NCBI GenBank assembly: GCA_033762115.1
Contig: JANRLX010000067.1
Coordinates: 33,189-97,188, forward strand
Direction: 5' to 3'
Length of the DNA: 64,000 bases
Source of the DNA: Verrucomicrobiota bacterium
GTDB taxonomy: Bacteria; Verrucomicrobiota; Verrucomicrobiia; Limisphaerales; SXQI01
Part shown: in pieces, positions 49,983 through 60,300 of the stretch
How the letters are laid out: every line of letters starts with the position of its first letter
Numbering within the stretch: position 1 is the stretch's first letter
Notes under the pieces: generated by a model
What the model saw: only the letters and a program-made list of their open reading frames with translations
What the model was told of the DNA's origin: nothing
Database searches by the model: none
Position numbers and translations under genes: made by a program

Positions 49983-50726
49983 TCAAAAATGGCGGCCCTT
50001 TTTTGAGCCCTTCTTTGGTTGCAGATCCCCAGTTAGCACCCACTCTTGGCCAGATGATTCTATAACACTGAACTTTGGACGAACGGGGTTGCCCTGATTG
50101 TCTCGGTCCCAGTTGATATTATCAGCTGACTCCAGCCACGATTGCCGGACCTGCGCAGGGTCAGCCTTGCCCTTCATATTCGTAAAAAAATTGGGGCTCT
50201 GCCCATTGCTTCCCAAGTTGATATTCACAATTTCCCAGCCAGTGATGCCGATCCATCCAACGTAAACCGCCTGTTTGCCGAACAATTCCCGTATGGTTTT
50301 TACACGATTCTCATCTGAATGAATGTTACACCCTCCCCAGAAAACTGTTTTGGCATTGGCAGACTGTTTGAACCCTTCGCTTTTTTTCAGAATATGCTCC
50401 TGCTCATCATAAATCAATCGGACCTGCGATGACTCAAAATAGATATGGATCGTTTTAGCGTCATTGTAGAGGTGATCAGAAAAATGGCCACCAAAGAAAA
50501 GCCAATGGTCACTACGGGAGAAAAATTCTTTGAGTCGGGCCAATGACGGCCGAGGCTCGCGGATCTCGATGCCTCGCGTCACCTTAAGATTTGTGCGCAT
50601 TCCATCAGCCCAAGTTTTGGCGTCATCGCGCGTGCCAAGGCTGAGCACAGCGTAAGTCTCCGAGGCGTGAACACTTGCGCTGACTGCGAAGGCCACAAGG
50701 CAAAACAGGAGCGTTTTCTTGGTCAT
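49983..50726 (-). CDS. Secreted protein, possible clan CD (caspase-like) His/Cys peptidase fold
   Basis: Signal peptide MTKKTLLFCLVAFAVSASVHA; WLFFGGH and VFWGGC motifs. Confidence 0.55.
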   Translation of the reverse strand: MTKKTLLFCLVAFAVSASVHASETYAVLSLGTRDDAKTWADGMRTNLKVTRGIEIREPRPSLARLKEFFSRSDHWLFFGGHFSDHLYNDAKTIHIYFESSQVRLIYDEQEHILKKSEGFKQSANAKTVFWGGCNIHSDENRVKTIRELFGKQAVYVGWIGITGWEIVNINLGSNGQSPNFFTNMKGKADPAQVRQSWLESADNINWDRDNQGNPVRPKFSVIESSGQEWVLTGDLQPKKGSKKGRHF

Positions 50727-50937
50727 AATCGATTGAAGACCAAATTGCATGAGAACGATTATGATATGGAGGATTAATTTTTCCAGAACAAAAAAAGATC
50801 GCCACTAAATGAATCTTCTCCTTAGGATCGCCACCATCCAGCACGATTTCCGAAGGGTGGTCTTTGTGTGGATTTACGGATTTGTATTGATTTGATCGCC
50901 GCGCCACCAAGCGATATAACGAAAATCCCCTTGCATT

Positions 50938-53900
50938 ATGCCCGACATGCATTTTCTACAGTTAGTTTTCGGCGTCGGTAACGCCGGCGTCCAGCACATC
51001 ACTTTCGATCCGAAAACTAAAGTTTTTGTCTCCAGTAAACAGCCGCCGGCTGATCAGTTTAGTTTCCTAAAGCTCAGCGCTGAGACAGAAACCGGCGAGG
51101 CCATCTCGTTGGAGATTCCTGGCTTGGAATTGTTATGGTGGTTTAACCTCAGCGACGCTGCAGAGCCACAGGTCGTTCCGCCCCGTTCAGTGTTTAACTC
51201 ATCGCGGCGCAACAGCGGGAAAGGGCCAGTCGAGATTCCGATCAGGCAACATAAGGACCCGCAAAAAAAATTGCAGCCGACGCTGCGGCTGCACCTCTGG
51301 ATTAAAGTTCCCAACTTCCTATTGCCGCTTCACATCAACGCCAGTCAGAGCGCGAACAATAAAGACGGGCATTTCGCTTGGTTGGCCCTGTCTGTTATGG
51401 CCAGCGAACGCGGCTTGCGCATTGGGCGGCTTGGCATGGCGGCAGGGAGCGACACGCGGGAACTTTTTTGGTTTAAAAAAATTCAGGGTTGGCGAGGTTC
51501 CCCGTGGGACGGACGACGACTTACCGAACGATTGACCTTCAGTGACCAGCCACCGGCAGCTGCATTGGGCTTCGTGCAACCTCGTTTCCGGCTAGAAGGT
51601 GCGAGCGAATCCATTCTCGGTTTGTCCGCTATTCGCTCGAAAAGACAGCGCACCAGCTTGGACGTGTGGTGGGAAAGCGATGATAGCAGGGTTTGGCGCC
51701 TCGTCTTTTCGCGCGCCCTTTACACTACGCCTTCGACCCGGCTGGTGGGCTCGGAACCGGGGTTGCGAATTGAACTGACTCAGTTGGCTCGGCCCTTGCA
51801 AGTCAGCCGCATCTCTCAAATGTGGACGTTGCGAGCGATCACCCAAGGCGAGCAGGCCATTCGAGGCTGGTGGAATCATCTGCTCTTCGGCGGAAAACCG
51901 GGCGGATTTCAGAGAAGCTTCGCCTTTGAATTGCTGGACCGTGAGCCACATGCCAGCTTCCCTTTCGATTACGACTTGATGCCCGAGCGGGACTCCGAGG
52001 GGGCATGGAGCTTCTCACTGCGGCCGCATTTGGTCCCATGGATCAAACGCCGAATGACGCTTCTTTTTCCGTTCGTTCGCGATCACCAGGGCGAGCCTCT
52101 CAAGCTCCAGGCATTTGTTGCCTGTTCGGTGGCAGGTGATGACGAAAAGATCACCCCCACTGTCAGGCTTGAGATCACCCCGGAGGCTGGCAATCAGGAT
52201 CACCAACTTGTGCGGTTGGGCTCCCTGGATTTGCAAGTTGCTAACTGGCTTTTTCCGCCCGGCACGTTCAACAAAGACCAGGGCGCGACCCAGGTGCACC
52301 TGCACCTAGGTTTTTTGGCGAAAGCCCCGGGCGCAGGAGTCATCGCCCGTTGGGAAATCAGGAGCTTTCAAATCGGCGGCCAATCTGTTGATCCAGAACC
52401 GACGAATCTGCCCCAGGAACGCGCGCTGCGACTGCCTCTTTATTCAGCGTACCCGGGAGGAGTCGAGAAAAACGATCGCGCCAGTGAGTTGGAGGCGACC
52501 GGAGCCGGCATCATTCTACGAATGCAGGAGCCTCCGCAGATTACCGGAGAGCCGGACATGTTTTTGCTTATCTACGAACGGCGTGATTCCAGCAGCGGGG
52601 GCGGATTACAAATGCGCATCGTCCGGCGTAATCCACCAAGGGCGACTGTTGCAAGCGGTCAGACGGAGCGACTGCTATACCTCACCTGGCGGCCATTTCT
52701 CGTGGCAATGGTGCGCACGAATCGGCTGGAGGAATTTACCCCGCGAGACAATGCAAACGAGCTGGCCTTTTGGTCCACGCGAGGAGAGTACGCGGGATGG
52801 CAAGGCAAAGCAGCGGCGGAAATGGCCGAACTGGTCTTCCCCCCGCAGGCCCTTGGCGAAGAAATGGAGCGCCTGAAGGCGACAGTCGGCGAGGATATCA
52901 ACCCGGGTGAACTCGTGGATTTTCGGCTTTCTCCGCCAACGATACTGCGGCTGGTCCTCAACGATCAATTACGGGATTACGCCCCGATGCCGTGGAACTT
53001 GCAGAGCCTGCTCGACAGGTTGACTACGCACCCTGCGACAGCCGGAGCCCGATTGCGTTCGGCGGACATCGAGTTGCTCTACGGAATCGGCTTGCACATC
53101 GCACCGCCTAAAACACTGGAACTGAGAGTGGCGGAAGTGTTCGCGCGCGCCGGCTGGCCACGGCGCATTCTGCCCGAGAGCCTCGGCGCGCGCGAGGGCT
53201 GGTTTTCAGAGACCGCTTACAATCACGTGCGAGCGGCGTGGACCCTTGAACTGGAAACATACCAAAAGCGCCTGGCCGTCTACGAATTGTTCGACACGGA
53301 CGCACAGGATTTTAATGAAGAAGGCCAACCTGCGGGCCTGGATCTTTACGGACGGGGGTTGAACGCTCCGCTGCAAGCTTACCTCCGGAAGAACGCCGAC
53401 TTAACCACCTCATTTGTGCCGTTCGATGAAATGAGAGGGTTGCGCGGAAGTTACGCATGGGCGTTTGAATCCAGGAACGTTTATGACGCGCTCTGGAGAT
53501 CTGAGAACGATCCCGACCCGGAAACACCGCATATAGAAGCGACCGAGGCCACGCTGGCTCGCGTGTTTTTTTCGGCGCTCGGCGGCTGGGGCTCCCAACA
53601 GGCGCGGTTCGACCAGGATAAAACCACTATCGCAGCGCATGTGGAAATGGGTCGCGTATCCGAATTGCGCGTCGAACGGATCGGCCGCATCGGCATGTTC
53701 CTGAACCGTGCGCGCCATGTCATTATTTATCGACGCTCCACGTTGCCGACCGACCAATTCGAAGCCGCGCAAGATTATCATCCCGGTCGGCCAATATTGC
53801 GCAAGGCTGAGGAATATGTTGAATTCCTGGAACCGTTCCGCCGCTTTCCCGACAAGCTCGGAACCAAACCGGCTGCGCCCGGCTGCCTTTGTGGATGTTC

Positions 53901-56900
53901 CTGCTACGAGAAGGTTCGCGTGGACAGTGCGTGGGGCGAGGATGTATTCGCCGCGGACGGATCCCCAATGGGGTGGAAAGTCCCGCTGCGCAAGGCCGGT
54001 GTGTCCGAGGAAGTTTATCCGCCGCTCCATTGCGTCTGTCTCCACTGCCAAGGCGACAAGAAGAGCGATGCCCCGGAAGTGGCCGGTTCGATCGAGAACG
54101 CAGAAAACGTTTATTTCTGGACCGACACTCGCAGTGAGGTCAATGGCGTCCGCATCAACGCCAATACAGACCAATGGCCGCTGGTTCCGGACATTGACCT
54201 GGCGCGGTTCGGGAACGAGGACGAACCGCAAGGTGATTCACTCAAAGCGCAGTGGGGCAGTCCTGCCATCATGCGAGGCGCGGGGGCATTTACCTGGAAA
54301 ATCAGGCCGCCGCTTCGCGAAGCCAACCTGGTCAGCCATTTGCCGCAAGGCGCGCAAATTGGATCGATACTCCGGACTATTACCGCAAGCCGCGGCGGCC
54401 TCCTCAACGCGGGCATGACTAACCTGGGCTATGGCACGCTAATCCGGGAACACATTGAAAATACTTTGACGCGACTGGAACAAATCAAAACCGAGCTGAC
54501 ACGCCTGCCGGACGGGGAACGAACAAGAGCCAAAGAGATTGTCGGAGGATTTTTTGACAGCCTTAAAGCCGGCCCGCGCCTGACCCGGGGAGGGGCTAAC
54601 TTTGGATGGCCTGCGTTCCAAAATGATATCGCCTCTGTCGCGGCCGCATTCATAAAGCAAAGGGTCGCAAAGAACATTGATTGGGCGAACCAACAAATGT
54701 CCGCGCGGATCAAGGATATTTGTGAAACCCGCTTCGGTATGGTTGCAGCGACCCGGAAATTTCATGAAATGATCGAGGCGGCGCGGCAAGGCCAGGACCA
54801 GCTCAATGCTTTGGTCGATTACTATATTGCGCAGGCTCGCCTGGCGATTGAGGAACTCCCAGCGCAATTGGATTACACCATTGAGCGCCTATTTCGCCTT
54901 GCCAGGAGTTTGACCGACCAGCGGATCGCCGACGGCAAAAGAGCTGTGACCGATTTCGTCGCCGCTGTCAATACATCCAACCAGGAAGCCCTCAAACAGG
55001 CGCGCGAGCGACTGAGCGCATTCCTCAAGCCGATCCTTGAAAGCCAAGACCTCTGCTGGCGCGGCCTGGATTTAAAGATCGAGCTGCAGCCCTCCCCGGA
55101 GCAATTCCGCAGGGCCAAACAAATCATTGAGGCGACCCTCAACCCGAGCGACGCGCGCCTGGCCGAATTAGAGCAAATCTTCACAACCTTTCAAACCGCC
55201 AAGGTGCGCGAACTGGAAGCAAAAGCGCGCGAGGCGGCAGCGAACGCAGCGGCCCTTTTCAATGACCAATTCAGCGCTTTGCGCCAGGAGATGCAGGACG
55301 CTGCCATTCCAATCCCCGGTCGCATTGCGGCTTTCCAAAGCCGCATTGGCTCCCTTGCCACGGCCATGTCCGCAGGGCTGCAGGAGGAAATCAAAAAACT
55401 TGGCGAGCGCTTGAAAGCTGCCGACCTGGCAAACCTCTTCATCAAGGCGAATGACAAACTCAACGAAGCCTTCGGTTTATTCGACAAAGACGCCAGCCGG
55501 GAGCTGGCAGCATTCCTGGCCAAAGTCGAGAACGCCACGATGGGCGAACTGGCGGGCCAGTTTGACCAATTCATCGCGAAGTGTCGTGAAAGAGGAAGCC
55601 TCGCATCCCAGGCTATCGAACAGCTTGTGCCGCGAACGACTAAAGAAATGGAAGAGTTAGCCCAACTCGCCGGCGATGCTGCCCGCCGCCTGGGCGAGGA
55701 CATCAACTCTGTGCACCAACAGTTTCAGCAGCTTCAAGAGCAAGTAAAAGGAGACTTCGGCGTTCGCCTGCAACGCGTGATGGGAAACGTTCCACGAGTC
55801 GAAGGCCTGGACTTTCAAAAGCTGGCCGGCGAACTGGAACAGGGCGTGGATGCTGTGGAAGCGAAGTTGCGAGGAGCCATCCGCACAGTCGGTTACAATT
55901 TTGCGGATGCGGCCAAGGTGCAAATGACCCGGGTGGAGGCGCTGGTGGACCGGCAGAGGGATGCGCTGGCCGGAGCGGTCAATCACGCGGCGCAGGAGAT
56001 CAAACTAAAAGCCTCCAGCCTGGTGATGCCAGTGAAGGATCTGGTTGATCGGGTCGAAGCAGAAGTCGACCGCGTTAAGGAGGTGGGCCTGCAGAAGCTC
56101 ATGCCCGATTTTGGTGGACTGCGGCTGGAAAAGCTCCTGGGGAATGTTCCGATCGACGAAGAACTCGCCGAACGCATTCGGCGGAGCGTCAAGATCAGCC
56201 ATGGGTTCGACCCAAAGAACATGACCGCTTTTGTCCAGGCGGAAGTTGATGACCCCACCACGGAAAAGGACGGAATTGCAATCGGTCGGGATTTAACGCT
56301 GTTCAGCTTTGGACCATTCGAGTGCCGATTAAAAGAGGCGCGGCTGTATGCGTTTCAGCGAACGGAGATTGGAGCAACCGGCGCGCCCCGGAGGGAGGAG
56401 ACAGGGCGAATCACCGCTGATTGGCAGATGCTCTTCCAGAGCGAGCCGCTCATCATGTTCAAGGAGGCCAGGCTCGAAAGCATTCAGGGCGAAGTTCGGA
56501 TGGACCTGGACCCGAAGAAGTTGGTCATGTCCAAGGTGCTTAAGGCCATTTCTGACATCTGCAATAAATTTACCGGCGAAGACGGTTCGGCATCCGGCGT
56601 TAAAATCGATTTCCCAAGATCCATAGAAGCATTTTTTCGGATGAACATCGAACTCCCTCCCCTGGGCGGCGGGACGTTCTCACTCAGCAACCTGTGGATG
56701 GGTGGACACTTCGACCTGATCGTCAACAGCGAGGGGTTCGAAATTCGTTGTGGTCTAAATATTGCCAGCCGAGAAAAGCCGTTCACCGTCGTCATTTTCC
56801 TACTGGGCGGCGCTGGATGGTTCAATTTTAGCACGCGCTACATGGTCCCGTTCCAGGACGGAAAAAAACCGGAGTTGGAGGTGGCGCTGGATGTGGGCAT

Positions 56901-57348
56901 CGGCGCGTCGGCAGGGCTAGCAATCAACCTAGGCTTCTTGCGCGGCTCAGTTTTGATCACCTTTGCGGTCAACCTGACGGTAAAGCTGTTGCGTTCGGAG
57001 AAGAAGGGCAACCGCAACTACCTCTCCTTCGCTTTCGTTCTTACTTTCAATGGTCATGTCAGCGTCCTCGGACTGATCTCCGTTGATCTCATGATCATGC
57101 TGGCCATCCGCTACGAATCGGGCGGCGGAATGGTTGGTGAAGGCAGGGTACGCCTGCGCATCAAGATTTGCTGGTGCTTTACGCTCAAGATCGACAAGGG
57201 ATTTACGTACCGCTTCGGCAAAGCCAAATCCCGGGCAAGCCTCAATCAGCCATACAACCGCGCGCTCCACGCTCGGCGAACCGGACAGCCGGTCAGTTTC
57301 CGCGCTCTGCATGCGGCGATGCGTCGCGCTGAGCGTTGCGTTTGCTAA
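50938..57348 (+). CDS. Giant hypothetical protein (2136 aa): beta-rich N-half, long helical middle, Gly-rich amphipathic beta C-terminus
   Basis: Uninterrupted 6.4-kb ORF; no recognisable catalytic motif. Confidence 0.85.
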   Translation: MPDMHFLQLVFGVGNAGVQHITFDPKTKVFVSSKQPPADQFSFLKLSAETETGEAISLEIPGLELLWWFNLSDAAEPQVVPPRSVFNSSRRNSGKGPVEIPIRQHKDPQKKLQPTLRLHLWIKVPNFLLPLHINASQSANNKDGHFAWLALSVMASERGLRIGRLGMAAGSDTRELFWFKKIQGWRGSPWDGRRLTERLTFSDQPPAAALGFVQPRFRLEGASESILGLSAIRSKRQRTSLDVWWESDDSRVWRLVFSRALYTTPSTRLVGSEPGLRIELTQLARPLQVSRISQMWTLRAITQGEQAIRGWWNHLLFGGKPGGFQRSFAFELLDREPHASFPFDYDLMPERDSEGAWSFSLRPHLVPWIKRRMTLLFPFVRDHQGEPLKLQAFVACSVAGDDEKITPTVRLEITPEAGNQDHQLVRLGSLDLQVANWLFPPGTFNKDQGATQVHLHLGFLAKAPGAGVIARWEIRSFQIGGQSVDPEPTNLPQERALRLPLYSAYPGGVEKNDRASELEATGAGIILRMQEPPQITGEPDMFLLIYERRDSSSGGGLQMRIVRRNPPRATVASGQTERLLYLTWRPFLVAMVRTNRLEEFTPRDNANELAFWSTRGEYAGWQGKAAAEMAELVFPPQALGEEMERLKATVGEDINPGELVDFRLSPPTILRLVLNDQLRDYAPMPWNLQSLLDRLTTHPATAGARLRSADIELLYGIGLHIAPPKTLELRVAEVFARAGWPRRILPESLGAREGWFSETAYNHVRAAWTLELETYQKRLAVYELFDTDAQDFNEEGQPAGLDLYGRGLNAPLQAYLRKNADLTTSFVPFDEMRGLRGSYAWAFESRNVYDALWRSENDPDPETPHIEATEATLARVFFSALGGWGSQQARFDQDKTTIAAHVEMGRVSELRVERIGRIGMFLNRARHVIIYRRSTLPTDQFEAAQDYHPGRPILRKAEEYVEFLEPFRRFPDKLGTKPAAPGCLCGCSCYEKVRVDSAWGEDVFAADGSPMGWKVPLRKAGVSEEVYPPLHCVCLHCQGDKKSDAPEVAGSIENAENVYFWTDTRSEVNGVRINANTDQWPLVPDIDLARFGNEDEPQGDSLKAQWGSPAIMRGAGAFTWKIRPPLREANLVSHLPQGAQIGSILRTITASRGGLLNAGMTNLGYGTLIREHIENTLTRLEQIKTELTRLPDGERTRAKEIVGGFFDSLKAGPRLTRGGANFGWPAFQNDIASVAAAFIKQRVAKNIDWANQQMSARIKDICETRFGMVAATRKFHEMIEAARQGQDQLNALVDYYIAQARLAIEELPAQLDYTIERLFRLARSLTDQRIADGKRAVTDFVAAVNTSNQEALKQARERLSAFLKPILESQDLCWRGLDLKIELQPSPEQFRRAKQIIEATLNPSDARLAELEQIFTTFQTAKVRELEAKAREAAANAAALFNDQFSALRQEMQDAAIPIPGRIAAFQSRIGSLATAMSAGLQEEIKKLGERLKAADLANLFIKANDKLNEAFGLFDKDASRELAAFLAKVENATMGELAGQFDQFIAKCRERGSLASQAIEQLVPRTTKEMEELAQLAGDAARRLGEDINSVHQQFQQLQEQVKGDFGVRLQRVMGNVPRVEGLDFQKLAGELEQGVDAVEAKLRGAIRTVGYNFADAAKVQMTRVEALVDRQRDALAGAVNHAAQEIKLKASSLVMPVKDLVDRVEAEVDRVKEVGLQKLMPDFGGLRLEKLLGNVPIDEELAERIRRSVKISHGFDPKNMTAFVQAEVDDPTTEKDGIAIGRDLTLFSFGPFECRLKEARLYAFQRTEIGATGAPRREETGRITADWQMLFQSEPLIMFKEARLESIQGEVRMDLDPKKLVMSKVLKAISDICNKFTGEDGSASGVKIDFPRSIEAFFRMNIELPPLGGGTFSLSNLWMGGHFDLIVNSEGFEIRCGLNIASREKPFTVVIFLLGGAGWFNFSTRYMVPFQDGKKPELEVALDVGIGASAGLAINLGFLRGSVLITFAVNLTVKLLRSEKKGNRNYLSFAFVLTFNGHVSVLGLISVDLMIMLAIRYESGGGMVGEGRVRLRIKICWCFTLKIDKGFTYRFGKAKSRASLNQPYNRALHARRTGQPVSFRALHAAMRRAERCVC

Positions 57349-57365
57349 CTAGCATTTGAAATTTT

Positions 57366-60300
57366 ATGCCCACGATTATCTACCACGCCATCGCACAGGT
57401 CCTCCCCGGCGGCGCCACACAGGGGGAGTGTTCATTCCGAATCTTCACTGTCAGCGGTGATGCCACCGGCAACGAGCCAGAGCTTCCCAATGTCCATGCC
57501 TGGCAGCTCTTCACCTCGGAGAGCCAATGGTGGAGCGAACCCGACCCGGCTGACCCGAACGCCACGGGGCCCACTCTCGTCGCGGACGCCGAGACGCGCC
57601 CAGGTCCGGCGATTAACACCCATCTCGGCCGGAAATTTAGTGAGATCGCCCAAGGCTTGCCATTTAAAGCAACGCCGCAACCTGGGATGGTTGAGGAAAT
57701 GGAGGTGACCGACGCTTCGACTGGCCCCATCGACACGGACAAGTCCTGGAGTTCAATTCTCGCGGGTATTTCGGACCATGGGTTTCCGATCGTTCAACTG
57801 CTCGGGCTTGGCTGCCGGGCCGGCGTTCGTCCACCCGCGGTTTTCAAAGCGTTCGTTCTTCCAAAGCTTACCCAATCGATTGGCTGGGAGTATATAAATA
57901 GTCCCGCGCCGCGAATCTTCCGGTTTCGGCCGGAGGTTGCCCCGGGCAATACAAGTTCATTCACAATTATTTTGGAAGTCGAATTGCAGGATCTTCCGAA
58001 CGAAACTCCCTTTCTTCCAATATCCGGCGTTGCCGCCACCGAAGAAGAAATGCTGTCGCGCGGGGGAGGAGACTGGCGCGGGGAGTTGCCGCACACCGCG
58101 GGACGCGCGTTTGATTTGCTGAGACTGCTCGCCTCTGCCAACCCTCAAGAGAGCTTCAAAGGCGACGCGGCGTACACAGCGTTGCTTGCTTTGGTTAAGC
58201 GCCTTGGATGGCTCCGCGTCAACCTGGGGCTTACCGGCGCCGCCCTGGCCGAGCCCGGCAACTCCCCGGAATCGCCGTTTCCTTTGATGGCTGCCCAAAT
58301 TTTATTCGGGCCATTTTGTGAAGATCAGGCGGAGCAAAACGCTGTGTCCAGACTGCCAAGCTTGCTTGCGGCGGCGAACGTCACGATCCCCGGGGAGGCT
58401 AAATGGTTGGAATGTTTTACGCGGGTCTTGAAACGCACGGTTAACTTGCAGTACGCCACGGTGAGCGATTTCCTGCAAGGCCAGGGAGCGTTCTCCACAA
58501 GGACCGCGGACAAACCTGGGAAAGGCGAACTGACTGAAGCGCTGAGCGCCATTCAAGCCGCTTTGTCGGACGATTCAGTTCTGGTCGAGATTTGGTTCGA
58601 ACTTTGGTACGAGACGAGAGTTCCGAACATCGAAAACTTTCAGCCTGTGCATCGCCTTCTGGAATACAAAACGTCGCGAGACGCGCCGCTTCCGGACGCA
58701 ACGCGGCAACATTTGCAGGACGCCCTGGCAGCCAGCGGACGCGGACTCTCGGCGCGCTTTGACGACGCGCTCGCCGGCAGTTACTGGCCGACGATTGTCC
58801 AGGCTTTGCTCAATGGCGAACGCGCCGCGGCCACAAATCCGGAAGCGCCGCGGGGGCTGCAGTTGCGCGCCCTGGCGCTGGCGTCCGGAGCCGCCAAATC
58901 TTTTCTCGACCTGCCGCTTTCTTTGCCCGCGGTGGGTGGGCTGCAGCCGTGGCTGGCGGATCCTCAAGCCGGCGAAGCGCAATTTGTGGCTGCTCTACGC
59001 GCGTGGATCGAAGCGGGGCATCCCGCCGCGCCCCCGCTTCCCGCGGAAGCGGAGCCGCCGCCGCCGATTCCGACCACCGAAGTTCCGCTACCTCTACAAA
59101 TTGCTTTGGCGGACATTGAAATGCCTGGCGCGGGCGGGGGCCGATACAATCTGCGCGGCGTTCTGATATTTTGCCGGCGTTATCCGATTGGACAACTTTC
59201 AAAATGGAAAGCGATCAACCTGGGTCGGGTGTTCACGCAGTTGGACGGCCAGCCGGTAACTCTGGCCGGCCTGGCTGCCATTCCAGTTGGTGGAACGGTC
59301 GCTCACGATATTCCCGGGCGAGTCGTCGCTTACGTCGGATCGCCGCTCGGGGTCGACCTGCTGGAGAATGAGGATCTGGATGTGGCGGTGCTGCCGGCAA
59401 GAGGCAGTCTCCCTGCGCCCCAACCGGTCGAAATCCATCGCGAGCAATTGGCGAAACGGGGATATTTCAGCGGCTGGATTGACGAGTGGGATTCTGAGCC
59501 GGGGCTCGGGTACGGCTGGACCTATAGCTTTGTGCAGTCTCCCATTTATCGGGATGGATCATTGCACTATGAACTTCTGCGCGCCGAACCGTTTACCGCT
59601 CAAGACGGCATCCCTCTCAAGTCTGTGGATGCAGTGACCGCGTTAATCGACGAGCATCGGGCGCAAAACGAAAGTATTATACAGTCGCGTAATTGCTCCA
59701 GGACGGTCGGGATTGGCGAGTTGCGCCTTTTTCAGAAATGGGTTCTGGCTGGCTCGGCGGAAGCGGAAGCCGCAGGTATAGTGGGGGTTAGCGGCAGATT
59801 CATACCGTTCTTCGAGATCCCCAAGAATGACCCCAATCCCAATCTGATTCCGTTGAGTTCGGATGTCGCCCGCCAAGGTTACGCCGATCAAATGTTCGAC
59901 AAACTCGATGTCCTTATCCTCCATGAGGGGATAGAACGATTCGAGTTCTTCGTCCGTCCTCCTGCCACGAGTTTTCTGGATTGGAAATCCTGGACCCGCC
60001 GCAAACTTCCCAACGATGACGAGTGGCATGACCACGAAGCGGAGATATCTCTGGCGAGAACGATTATCCGCGTCCTGGATGACCCGCAGGGATATTTGAT
60101 GGACGACGACGAAGTCGATTTGAGCCGGGTTGCTAGCGAGCCCGACCTGTTGGACGATCGGGCCGCGATTCGATTCCTAGTGCGCGTTGAACTTCTCTAC
60201 AGCGCCGAGGACGGCTTTATTCAGAAGGAAGTCTCCGCCATCCATGAATTTGACCAAACCATTAACGGTATCGCTGGGCTCGAAAGTTCGCGTCGCTTTT

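Noticed and set aside
53410..54418. Long alternate-frame ORFs (273 and 236 aa) within the 2136-aa gene
   Set aside because: Expected shadows in GC-rich coding DNA.
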